Shown here: one piece after another, positions 52,056-64,000 of the stretch
Layout: each line of letters begins with the position of its first letter
Numbering within the stretch: the stretch's first letter is position 1
Assembly: GCA_951406725.2 (NCBI GenBank)
Contig: OX597816.1
Span: forward strand, 73,780,001-73,844,000
Direction: 5' to 3'
Source of the DNA: Octopus vulgaris
Lineage: Eukaryota
Length of the DNA: 64,000 nucleotides
Program-made: the position numbers and the translations under genes
The notes under the pieces: generated by a model
Told to the model about the DNA's origin: nothing
The model's input: only the letters and a program-made list of their open reading frames with translations
The model's database searches: none

Positions 52056-52090
52056 AGAAAGAACCACCATTATCAGCACAATCATCATTG

Positions 52091-52352
52091 TCTCCAGCTG
52101 GCTATATGACAAGATCTGTTTCCTTATATTTTCGAACAAGGGAATCTCGCACCCCCACTCAGCTCGAAACAATATCTGTGTATCATGATTTCCAGGTTAT
52201 TTCCCCTCTAGCTGAACAATTATTCTGTGCTGATGAAGAGAAATAACACAGAAATTGTGACACACAGATATTGTTTTGAGCTGAGTTGGGGTTCCAGATT
52301 GCCTTGTTCGAAAATATAACGACACGGATCGTGTCGTATATCCAGCTGGAGA
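52091..52352. mobile_element. Imperfect ~260 bp foldback with a central hammerhead core (Penelope-like)
   Basis: TCTCCAGCTGG...CCAGCTGGAGA outer arms; TGTG-CTGATGA(52230-52236)...GAAA-TTGTG-ACA-CACA; the opposite arm reads GGGGAAATAACCTG-GAAA-TCATG-ATA-CACA. Confidence 0.6.
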
Positions 52353-52467
52353 TGATGTCTCCTGGGGCTAAACTACAGCAACATTCGTCCTAAACCAGGA
52401 TTACCATGTTATGTTGGCAAACAATCTTTACTTCAAAAAGAAAATATATTCATGAAGATGAACTGAC

Positions 52468-52543
52468 CTTCAGTTTTTGGTTTATAAAATGTTGGACACA
52501 TACACGCAATGGCATCAGCACCAATGGCTTCTGCATGTTTGGC
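52468..52543 (-). CDS. NPL: NPL-like exon: AKHAEAIGADAIACMCPTFYKPKTE(E)
   Basis: gattccag acceptor, AAG|gtcagt donor, 76 nt, phase 0-1; A.HA..IGAD motif. Confidence 0.95.
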
Positions 52544-53572
52544 CTGGAATCAAAGAGAAAACTTGAAATAACAACAATATCTTCATAGAATAACAAACTC
52601 TGTTTATTTCATGGCAGACATTTTTTTGTAACTGAAATTAAACCAAAACCTTATCTCAAAGAAACCAACACATTTGCATAAAGTAAGAAATACGTCTTCT
52701 ACAACCAAATTTGTTGGTTTTCTCATTAATATTTGTGAGATGAAGGCGTTGGACTGGTAGAATCTCCAGAACTTTGGGCAAAATGTTAAGTGAAATTTCG
52801 TCCATCCTTATCTTATGTTCTGAATGCAAATTCTACTTTTGTCTTTTTGGGGTCGGAAAAAAATAAGTACCAGTTGAGTATGGTGGGGGGTCACTGTAAT
52901 CGACTTGTCCCCCCCCACACACACACACTCCACCCCATCCCAAAATTGTAGTTGCTAGCCTAGTGCCAAAGTTTAAAATCAATATATATATATATATATG
53001 AGATTAATCATTGATACTCCACCAATAATTTACATCGATCATCCTCCTGGGCCACCGAATTACCTCTCACCACCACTATCTCTCTCCCTCCCCCTCTCTC
53101 TTCTCCATTTACTACACCTTACCTATACCCTTACAACCGACATATCTCTTCCTCCCACCCTCTCTCATTTTCACCCTGTCTATTGCATCATCATCATCAT
53201 CATCATCCTCATCATCATCGTCATCATCATCATCACCACCATCATCATCATCACCATCGTCATCATCATCATCATCATCGTCATCGTTATCATCACCATC
53301 ATCATCATCATCACCACCGTCGTTGTTGTCATCATCATCATCATCATCATTATCGTTAGCATGATGAACAAAAATGCTTTGCAGGATTTCTTCCAGCTTC
53401 ACATTCTAAGTTAAAATTCTGTTCAGGTCAACTTTGACTTTCACCCTTTAGGGATCCAGAAAATAAAGAACCACTTCATCATACATAAACAGATAGACAA
53501 TTGACTTACAAATTCCATTAGAATTGCTGGCCTTGTGCCAAAGTATGAAACCACTTCTTCTTCTTCTTCTTC

Positions 53573-53605
<33 letters not shown>

Positions 53606-54234
53606 GTATTAGTATTAGTATTATTATTATTATTATCATTAACATTAGGGCTTGCAGAATCGTTAGCACACTGGACAAAATGCTTAGCCGTATTTCGTCT
53701 GCCACTAGGTTCTGAGTTCAAATTCTGCTGAGGTCCACTTCGCCTTTCATCTTTTTGGGGTCAATAAATTAAGTACCATTTGTGTACTGGGGGGTCGATA
53801 CAATCGACTAGTCCCTTCCCCACAAAATTTCAGGCCTTGTGCCTTTAGTAGAAAGGATTATTATTATTAGTAGTAGTGGTGGTGGTGGTGGTAGTGGTGG
53901 TGGTGGTGGTAGTAGTAGTAGTAGTATATTTATTAATTCATAATAGAATATAAAGATAGAAATCATGTTAATGGTTTTTATCAGGGAGTCAGCATGCTAT
54001 AAAAATTTAATCTACAAAATCAGAGTTGACCCAAGGAGTTAAACAACAACAACAACAACAGCAGCAGCAACAGACAACAATAATTTCCATTCTTGTAGCA
54101 GACATTTTGGGTTTCTTTAATCAGACATTGGAATCATATTTGAGGTTTTTGCTTTTTGGTCAAATTTCAGTTCCTATCTAAACATAAGAGAATACAAGAC
54201 ATACTGTGGTAGTAAACTAACTGGTTACACTTAC

Positions 54235-54292
54235 CAATTCTATGGAACTTCTCAAATTGGCAGCACCAACGTGAAGGATTACTTTCTTTATT
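54235..54292 (-). CDS. NPL: NPL-like exon: (K)IKKVILHVGAANLRSSIEL
   Basis: attaacag acceptor, TTG|gtaagt donor, 58 nt, phase 2-0; VI.HVGA motif. Confidence 0.93.
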
Positions 54293-54428
54293 CTGTTAAT
54301 ATGAAAAAGATAAAATGTAATACAAACATACATGTATGGAACTACACGCACATGTATGCATAACATACATGCATACAAATGTGCACACATACATACATGC
54401 ATGCATACATATATATATGCATGCATAT

Positions 54429-54659
54429 AGGCGGCGAGCTGGCAGAAACGTTAGCACGCCGGGCGAAATGCTTAGCCGTATTTCGTCTGTCGTTACGTTC
54501 CGAGTTCAAATTCCGCCGAGGTCGACTTTGCCTTTCATCCTTTCGGGGTCGATAAATTAAGTACCAGTTACGCACTGGTGCCGATGTAATCGACTTAATC
54601 CCTTTGTCTGTCCTTGTTTGTCTTCTCTGTGTGTAGCCCCTTGTGGGTAGTAAAGAAAT
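54429..54659 (+). mobile_element. SINE family A, near-consensus copy
   Basis: Intact A/B boxes and CpG-rich central domain; further copies at about 41710-41937(-), 44925-45157(-), 53650-53860, 55865-56080 and 61878-62330. Confidence 0.9.
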
Positions 54660-57600
54660 ATATATATGCATGAATACATACATGCATGCATACATATATA
54701 CATCCATACATACACACACACACATACATACATACATGCATCCATCCATACACACATACATGCATACATGCATGCATGCATACATATATGCATGCATGTA
54801 AGCATGCATACATATATACATATGTTGAATAAAATCATTAATTAATTGATCCTTCCGTTTTTTTTTTTATCGGAAGTCAGGAACTTTTCAGCACGGTAAA
54901 TTTTTTTCTTTTTTTTTTAGGAAAAATAAAATGGAAAACTAACAAAAAAAAAAAAAATATCAACAAAAATTAAATCCTTTGAAATTTCCTATTTAATGCT
55001 GAAATCATTTAAAATAAAATAGCTTAAGGGAGGTAGCTTTAAAGCTTAGTTTATAATTCTATTACGTAAGTTACTTCCCTTTATATTTATGTCCGAGAAG
55101 ATTATTTACTGACGAAATATCTAAATCACCGAAGGAGGTCCAAATAAAGAGTGAAAGAGAAGAAAACATATCCGTTGATGGAAGTGCAGAATTGTTTGAG
55201 GATCGAACAAAATCCTTTACCGCATTCAGCTACATTCCTTTGTGTTTCGAGTTCAAATTCAACAAGCTTGAATGAATGTGAGTGAAGTTAGTGTTCAATA
55301 CAAATCATAGACAATCCACAAAGCCTGGTATACGTTCGTGATACAAGGTAATATTTTTACAAGAACTTTTGCAGGTACAATGTATTACCATTTTATTTCT
55401 TGAAGTTTTCAGTTAACATAGTTTAATTCTGGTTCAACATCTTAACCAAAGCAAATAGATGACTCGTCTACGTACTTTGATCTTAATATGGGGCTCTTCA
55501 ACCGTGGAGGCCCTCTGCGACCACAGAGGTTCCAGGGGCTTACTGACGGCCCTGCTCCCCGTAACTTATTTAGACAAAAGAGTAAAATCAGCAACAAGAA
55601 ACGGACGGGATTCTGCTTTAAGCACACCTCATAACTTCTTTATTTTTCGGAATTTTCAGAAACTTTCTGTGAATTTGTGTTCCACACACGGGAATTCACA
55701 CAACTATATTTTTTAAAAACATTTTCCGAATTGTCCTTTTTAAATCACAGTTTAAAATATGGTCTGTCCGAAATTTTGGCTTCAATCCCAGCAACAGACA
55801 AATGTGTTGATGAGGAGAAAGATACAGAAAGACATCAATACGTCAAAGTGACAAACAACCAAGGACGGTAGCACGCCGGGCGAAATGCGTAGCCGTATTT
55901 CGTCTGCCATTACGTTCTGGGTTCAAATTCCGCCGAGGTTGACTTTGCTTTCATCCTTTCGGGGTCGATAAATTAAGTACCAGTTACGCACTGGAGTCGA
56001 TGTAATCGACTTAATCCGTTTGTCTGTCCTTGTTTGTCCCCTCTGTGTTTAGCCCGTTGTGGGTAGTAAAGAAACAGGTATTAGGTGGTCGTGAGATGTG
56101 CTAAAAAATAACAGCTAAATAGCCCTTAAATCACGCACCAAAACTTTCTTTTATCGGTTTTTGTATAATCGTATGATTATACACCCGTTAACCCGTTAAC
56201 GAAGTAGATTGTAATTGCGAACCATGGTACACAATAAATGCATCCTACACGTCCTTCATTTTTTAAAAGATGGTAGGTTTCATCTGATGGAAATTTGACT
56301 GCTATTTCTAGAAACCACACAGATTCTTCTAAAGGAGTGGATCAATTAATGATTACAGTTTGCTAGACTTAGAAATGTGCGTGTGTTACATGCTGTGCGT
56401 GTGTTACTTGCAGTGCGCGTGTGCATGCGTGACCTTCTCCCAGAGACATGCTTTAGCAAAAGATACTCGCCCAAGGTGCCACGCAGTGGGACTGAAACTG
56501 AAACCATGTGGTTGGAAGCAAGCTTCTCACCACACAGCCACTTATATATGAAACATCTACTTTTCATGGATAGGGCCGTGACTGCTGAGGACATGCGTAA
56601 GCTCTCAAGGAATGAAGCCAGTATGCTCCGATGGATGTTTAATGTCAGTGTGCATACTCAACAGAGTGTATGCACCTTGACAGAAAAGTTGGACATAAGA
56701 AGCATCAGCTGTGGTGTGCAAGAGAGATGTAATCAGCCCACTTATGCATACCTTTCCTTCTTTGGACACAAAACTCTGATTGCGAAGACCTGTTGAGACA
56801 AGTGAAATCGAAATCGAAATTGAATTCAAAATCGAACCAAATTCGTCGACCGGTACCCATGCCAACCTCTCTTCACTGGACACTAAACTCCACTTGCAAA
56901 GACTTGTTGGGGCAAGTGAAATCGAAATTGAACCAAATTCAATGACTAGCACCAATGCCAGTGGAGCGCTAACATTCCATCCAAGCGGGGTCGCTGCCCG
57001 AGCAGCTGTCTGGCAAGTAAAGAGCACTATTTGAGCGTGATCGTAGTCAGTGTTGCCTCACTGGCACATGAATAAAATATTCGAGCCAGGTTGTTGCCAG
57101 CGTTGCTGAACTGACTCCTGTACAGGTGGCACATAAAGAACACCATTTTCGAGCGTGGCCATTGCCAATACCACCAGACTGGCCCTCATGCCGGTGGCAC
57201 TTTAAAAGCACCCACTACAATGGTTGGCATTAGGAAGGGCATCCAGCTGTAGAAACTCTGCCAGATCAGATTGGTGCCTGGTGCAGCCATCTGGTTCGCC
57301 AGTCCTCAGTCAAATCGTCCAACCCATGCTAGCATGGAAAGCGGAGGTGAAACGATGATGATTATGATGATATATACATATATAACTTTAAAAAAACCAT
57401 TCAAGCGTGGTCATTGATTGTGCCACTGGACTTGTTCCTGTGCAGTGACACGTAAAAAGCACCATTTGAGTGTGGCTGATGCCAGAACCGCCTGACTGGC
57501 CCTGATGCCGGTAGCACGTAAAAGCACCCACTACACTCTCAGAGTGGTTGGCATTAGGAAGGGTCTCCAGCTGTAGAAACCTTGCCAGAACAGACTGGAG

Positions 57601-57779
57601 CCTGGTGCAGCCTCTGGCTCACCAGTCCTCTGTCAAACTGTCCAACCCATGCCAGCATGGAAAGCGGACATTAAACGATATATAACTCTGACAGGTTTCG
57701 GCCAATATAGGCCCAGGCCACGTCTGACTTAATAGCACCACCTGGTGAAGTCTTTTAGTCATATATGGGGCACCATGGC

Positions 57780-58170
57780 CTACTCTAGCAAAGAGTTATT
57801 ATTGTTGGTGACATATACGGATGTAGCTGATTGGTCTGGGATTTTTTGAAGAAATTTATCCAGAGAACTTTTGAATTTTATAGGATCAGTTTCCATTTTG
57901 ACGTATTTTGGTATGGTATTAAAGAGAGCTGGACTGGGTGAGGCAAAGTAAATATGACATAATGTTGCTATGTATCCTGAGTTCAATTTTTGTTGTGGGC
58001 AGATAGGACGGAGGCCAAGTCTTGTAGGGATTTTAAAATTGATGCCAACATCATTTGTGTAATATTGATGGAATATTTTCCACATCATTCAAATGATGTA
58101 GCATTTCTGGTGGCATTGAGAGAGTAGAGGTCGAGTTTTTTAGTCGACCCCAATAATCAATGCTTCTCAT
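57780..58170 (-). mobile_element. CR1-group LINE 3' fragment
   Basis: IDYWGRLK...WKI...PALFNTIPKYVK...FKSSLDKFLQKIPDQ. Confidence 0.75.
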
Positions 58171-58739
58171 GCCATCTATATATATATAAAACAATACTGG
58201 GAGGATAAGAAACGGAATGAAGCGAAGAATCGAACGAACCCGACGCGAAGCGCTTTCACACAATAGTGTAATAAATAAAATATATGCATACATACAAACA
58301 TATATGTACGTACCTACATCTACATGTATATATACATGCATATATAAATATATATACGTACAGGACACCACAAAAAGACGTAGAACTCAACAGAAACGAA
58401 AAACAGAAAGCCATTTTTTTAACAACAGAAGGACAGAGACGTGGAACAGGACGAGAACGAAAACGGGAAAAACATTATTTACAACAGAAAAACAAGGTAC
58501 AGGACATACTACACAAGGAAAAATCCCCCTTCATCAGCTGTCGCTAGTAGACTTAGCGTGTTTCGAAGGCAAGACAGGATACGACTCGTCAATACTAGGC
58601 CTTCCTGCGAGAGAATTAAAATAAAATAACCTCGCAGAGGGGTAAAACAAGCACGAAAAAAATGTAACACAAACAGGACGTATATATATATATATATATA
58701 TATAGATAGATAGATAGATAGATAGATTGCATGAGAGGC

Positions 58740-58771
<32 letters not shown>

Positions 58772-59909
58772 TTATATATATACATAGTAAATTACATATA
58801 TTGACGTGTACTCGTGTGTGTGTGTGTGTGTGTGCATGTGTGTATGTGGGAGGGTGCATGTGTGTGTGTGTGTGTCAGACTATCTCAAGACAATCTCAAA
58901 GTAAAAGAGTCCTTTTATGGACAGAAGATAATAATTAATAAAACAATATATTATAATAACATTCATATTTCCTCGTTAATTTCTGCCATCGTTCAATGAA
59001 TTATTTATGAAAGTGGGGTGTGGCTGACATCACCTTGATTTAAACCATTACCACCACAACGCTAATCTATTGGATTGATCAACATTTCGCAAATCCATTT
59101 AATATCGCCATTGTTCGTTAATTTACATTTGATGTGGTAACGATGGAGTTTATGGTTCGTCAAAGAAACACACTAATTAAACAGGACAAAGCTAACAAAT
59201 ATATCATTGTTAATGCTTAACTAACGAACTGTTCCCACCCATCCAATGTGTGTCTTGATGCTGACCTCAGAGACCAGATACTTAATGGATCAAACTACGA
59301 TCAAAGTCTGTTGTTGTTGCTGTTGCTATTGTTGTTGTTGTAGTTATTATTATTATTATTATTATTATTAGTAGTAGTAGTAGTAGTATTGTCCTTATTA
59401 TTATCATGTTTGAAGAGTAAAATCAGGAAATGCTGTTATTAATGGATAAGTGAAGGATGTAAAAGATTTATTTATGACGATTAAGATAGAACCGTAAACA
59501 CATTCACGATTTGATGTCTAGCAACTAACTTAGTAGAAGTTCGCAAGATTATCCACCATCTTTCCAACAACACCTTTCGCCACCTTGTTTTGAATTTAAT
59601 ATCTCCACCAACTATGGACTTGTCCCCTCCTCCTCATCATCATCATCATCATTATCATCATCATTGTATAATGTCCATTTTTCCATGCTTGTATGTGATG
59701 GGCAGAGTATATTGTGGCAGATTCTCTATGGCTGGATACCCTTCCTGTTGCTAACCCTCGCCTGTTTCCAAACAAGGTAATATTTCCCCGGGACCAGATA
59801 TATTCTCACAGAATACTGGAAATAAATAACACTGCTTGTATGACAGTGACATTCATTTACAAATATCACATGACGTCAAGACAAGGAAACACAAAAGCAC
59901 ACACATACA

Positions 59910-59945
<36 letters not shown>

Positions 59946-60309
59946 GACACTGGACTTCAATTTTTGCCCACCAAATCCACTCACAAACCATTGCTCAGCT
60001 AAAGTAGAAGACACTTGCCCAAGGTGTCACACAGTGGTACTGAACTTGAAAGCATGTGGTTGGGAAGCAAATTTCTTAACCACGCAGCCACGCCTGCAGC
60101 TAATAGTTACAACTGCAACACACAGTCATGCACTGCACCCATGAATTCTGGAACATATTTTTCACTTTCAGAATTGCCAAAGCATAGAATAAACAACCCA
60201 CATCAGTCATTAATTGTCCAAACATTGCATCCTTCAAAAAAACCCCTCTGCTTTTTGAAAATACACCACCAAATCTTCTCCTGACATTCCTTTTCTCTTC
60301 ATGGCTCTT

Positions 60310-61292
60310 TTAACCCTTTTGATACCAACCTGCCTGAAACCACCTCTGGCTCTGTAGTATAAAATGTCTTGTTTTCAAAAGTTTTGAATTGAAATCTTCC
60401 ACCAAACCTTAGTCACAATTTATGCTCCTAACACAAGCTGAATGATAACTAAGTCGTTTTACTAAATCCTTTGTTATATTTAAAATTAATTGAAAAAAAA
60501 CACAGAACATCTCAACAGAAATATGGTAACAAAAGGGTTAAAATATATAACAAAGAAACGATTCTTAACCCTTTCATTACCAACCTGCCTGAAACCACCT
60601 CTGGCTCTGTAGTATAAAATGTCTTGTTTTCAAAAGTTTTGAATTAAAATCTTCCACCAAACCTTAGTCACAATTTATGCTCCTAAAACTAGCTTAATGA
60701 TAACTAAGTTATTTTACTAAATCCTTTGTTATATTTAAAATTAATTGAAAGAAACACAGAACATCTCAACAGAAATATGGTAACAAGGCGGTGAGCTGGC
60801 AGAAACGTTAGCATGCTGGACGAAATGTTTAGCAGTATTTCATCTGTCTTTATGTTGAGTCCAAATTCCGTCGAGGTCAACTTTGCCTTTCATCCTTTTG
60901 GGGTCGATAAATTAAGTACCAGTTACACACTGGAGTCAATGTAACCGACTTAATCCCTTTGTCTGTCCTTGTTTGTCCCCTCTATGTTTAGCCCCTTGTG
61001 GACAATAAATAAATAAGAAATATGGTAACAAAAGGGTTAAAATATATAAAAAGAAACTATTCTTAACCTTTTTGATACCAACCTGCCTGAAACCACCTCT
61101 GGCTCTGTAGTACAAATGTATTGTTTCCATAAGTTTTGAATTAAAATCTTCCACCAAACCTTAGTCACAATTTATGCTCCTAACACTAGCTGAATGATAA
61201 CTAAGTCGTTTTACTAAATTCTTTGTTATATATAAAATTAATTGAAAGAAGCGGAGAGCATCTCAAAATGAATACAGTAATGAAAGGGTTAA
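60310..61292 (+). mobile_element. Tandem array of three piggyBac-like MITEs; the second is interrupted by a SINE (60787-61015)
   Basis: Units 60314-60537, 60569-61036 and 61067-61288, each bounded by TTAA-CC(C)...GGG-TTAA; SINE TSD AGAAATATGGTAACAA at 60771-60786 / 61016-61031. Confidence 0.82.
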
Positions 61293-61674
61293 CATCCACT
61301 TATCTATCTTTTGTGTTTTCTATTCTGGATGCAGTGCAGGTCCTTCTACCTTTCCATTGCTGTCCTTCTTTACTTGTCTTATCTGCTCTCTGTCCCCTCT
61401 TTTACCCTTTTCTGATGAATTGTAGTGCATCTGAGCTCTGTATACAATAAGCTTATTATCATCATTGTGCTGGCAGAGTCGTTAGCACACTGGACAATAT
61501 GTTTAGCATTATTTCATCTGTCTTTACGTTCTGAGTTCAAATTCTGTTGAAGTTGACTTCACCTTTCATCCATTTGGGGGGTCAATGAAATAAGTACCAG
61601 CAGAGCACTGGGGTCAATGTAATTAACTCACCCCCTCCTTGAAAATTGCTCGCCTTGAACCTTTGGTAGAAAGA

Positions 61675-61718
<44 letters not shown>

Positions 61719-62324
61719 GATTATTAATATTATTATTATTAAAGTACCAGTTATGCAATGGGGTCGATGTAATCAACTTAATCTCCTCGCACAAGCTGTC
61801 CTTGTGGAAAAAATTTGAAATCATCGTTGTCATCGCAGTCATTGTCATCATCATTATCATTATTATCATCATTAATAAGGCGGTGAGCTGGCAGAAACAG
61901 CATGACAGGTGAAATACTTAGTGGTATTTCATCTGTCTTTATGATCTGAGTTCAAATTCCGCCAAGGTCGATTTTGCCTTTCATCATTTCAGGGTTGATA
62001 AATTTAGTACCAGTTGCGTACTAGGGTCAATCTAATCAACTGGTCCCCTCCCGCAAAATTTCAGTCTTTGTGACTATAATAGAAAAGATTATTATTTATT
62101 TTTTTTTTTTAAGGCAATGAGCCGGTAGAATTGTTAGCATGCCGGGTGAAATGCTTAACAGTATTCTGTCTGTTTTTATGTTCTGAGTTCAAATTCCACT
62201 GAGGTTGACTTTGCCTTTCCTCTTTTCAGGGTCAATAGATTAAGTACCAGTGAAACACTGGAGTCAAAGTAATTGACTTAGCCCATCCTCCCAAATTTCA
62301 GACCTTGTGCCTATAGTAGAAAGG

Positions 62325-62372
<48 letters not shown>

Positions 62373-62375
<3 letters not shown>

Positions 62376-62672
62376 TAGTTTTATTTTGATAACGTGCTTT
62401 TACTTCACTACTGAGCGCAGCTCTAGGTGCCTTGGGTATGTGCTGTGGTTTGCTGTGATGCTCTTATTTTTACTGTATTGAAAGTGCTTTACATAGGATG
62501 TGTGCAATTTTCTGTATGTTATATATATTTGTTAGTCCTGGTGTTTTTGTTATGTATTTGTCTGAATGTTTTTTTATCATACCTAATGCACCTACTATGA
62601 TAGGAATTGTTTCTGTTTTTAGATTCCACATTTGAGTTACCTCTATTTCCAGGTCTTTGTATTTTGAAAGTT
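62373..62672 (-). mobile_element. R4/Dong-like 3' fragment, second copy
   Basis: KLSKYKDLEIEVTQMWNLKTETIPIIVGALG; same 3' end as 26705-27133; within (TAA)n. Confidence 0.82.
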
Positions 62673-62680
62673 TTATTATT

Positions 62681-62763
<83 letters not shown>

Positions 62764-63371
62764 ACCTTATAATGAGGCTGTAAGATTTGAAATTATTTAA
62801 TGTGTGCTGGTTTACCAACAGGGGAGTAGTGGGAGGCTGATTAATTTTTAATGAGGTTCAATAATTGATGATCTTAGATGATTAATTAACTAATTCTTTT
62901 GTAATGATGATAATGACCAAAGTTGAAGTGTGGTCAGCAATAAGTACAACTTCCATGGATGGACACAGGAATGGTCAAATGGGTAAGGAGTTTGGTTCCC
63001 ATCCATAATGTCTTGGGTTTGGTCTCAGAACATGGCAGTGTCTTATGGAAAGGGGTCTATTACCATGGGTCAGGGTTGACCTCAAATATAGGGAGTGAAG
63101 TTTGATAGATGGGAGCTACATAGAAACCCATCTTGGACAGATACCCATAGAATGACTCTCACAGATGGCTCCCACAGAATGATTCCCACAGAATAATTCC
63201 CACAAAACAACTGCCAACAAATTGAATAGTTTCTACAAAACAACTCCCACACTGAATGTCCCCTAAACAATATACACACCCTCACCAATATGGCACCTCT
63301 ACAGCCTAATCCCAGCTCCTTCCCCCCACCCAACTTCCTACCCACAAAGAAAGAAGAATGTAATCACTTAC

Positions 63372-63459
63372 TTCCCCCTGGCAGCATTAATCCAGCCGAC
63401 AGCAGCAAGTTTCCGCTCATCGATCGTGAGTGCCATACCTTCTCCAGTCGTTCCATTCA
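63372..63459 (-). CDS. NPL: NPL-like exon, the most 5' in the window: (V)NGTTGEGMALTIDERKLAAVGWINAARG(K)
   Basis: aatgttgtag acceptor, GAA|gtaagt donor, 88 nt, phase 1-2; GTTGE...L...ER motif of NAL/DHDPS. Confidence 0.95.
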
Positions 63460-64000
63460 CTACAACATTTAGAAAAAAAGATGGGGTGAGAAAGAGCTGC
63501 AAATTTAAACATCTACAGTATTGATGAGTTAAATGAAGGACCCTCTATGATAACTAGAAATGACAGTCTATTCAGCTTCAAATGGCACTGCATCATCTTA
63601 AAAAATTAAGGACACTTTGAACACTAAAGTCTTACATATACAAGAAGATGTGATGGTCGTGGCTGGAATACTTTTGATCAGAGATCCACTTTGTCAAGAG
63701 TAACTTAGTGTTAACAATTACTGAATTGATGACAAATTATCTTCATCGATGGCATATAAGAATTAAATGAATAGAATAAAATATAAATTTATTATCATCA
63801 TCACTACCATGATCATCATCGTTGTTGTTGCTGCCATCATCATCATTTAGCATCCTTGTTCCACACTGGCATGGATTGGTCAGTTTGATAATCTCCAACA
63901 TGGTGGAGGAATGCATCAAACTTCAATGTCTGCTTTGCCATGGTTTCTATGGCTGGAAACCCTTCCCAGCACCAACCACCTGACAGGGTGGACTGGGTGC

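Noticed and set aside
59530-59625. Minus-strand RKVLLERWW peptide as a candidate NPL exon
   Set aside because: The exon at 63372-63459 supplies this region and joins 54292 in phase; no good splice sites here

Overview
Repeat-saturated, AT-rich animal genomic DNA. The SINE, LINE and microsatellite repertoire suggests a coleoid cephalopod such as Octopus (inference). Almost all supplied ORFs are microsatellite or repeat artefacts. Reading splice sites by hand reveals two spliced genes on the minus strand. (1) A complete 6-exon CFAP77 gene (cilia- and flagella-associated protein 77; 22132->3864; 783 nt CDS, 260 aa) with an RFX X-box and forkhead-like sites upstream. (2) The last 8 coding exons of an N-acetylneuraminate-lyase (NPL/DHDPS-family)-like gene (63459->38819; its 5' exons lie beyond 64000). 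This protein keeps the Schiff-base catalytic residues but has replaced the sialic-acid-binding GxDE and GSTYN motifs. Introns and intergenic DNA contain at least 3 tRNA-derived SINE families, RTE, CR1-group and R4/Dong LINE fragments, mariner, hAT, MULE-like and piggyBac-like DNA elements, interstitial TTAGGG repeats, and several unrelated foldback (palindromic) elements carrying minimal hammerhead-ribozyme cores of the Penelope type. All homology calls come from motif recognition and recall, not database searches. Repeat boundaries without a TSD are approximate.
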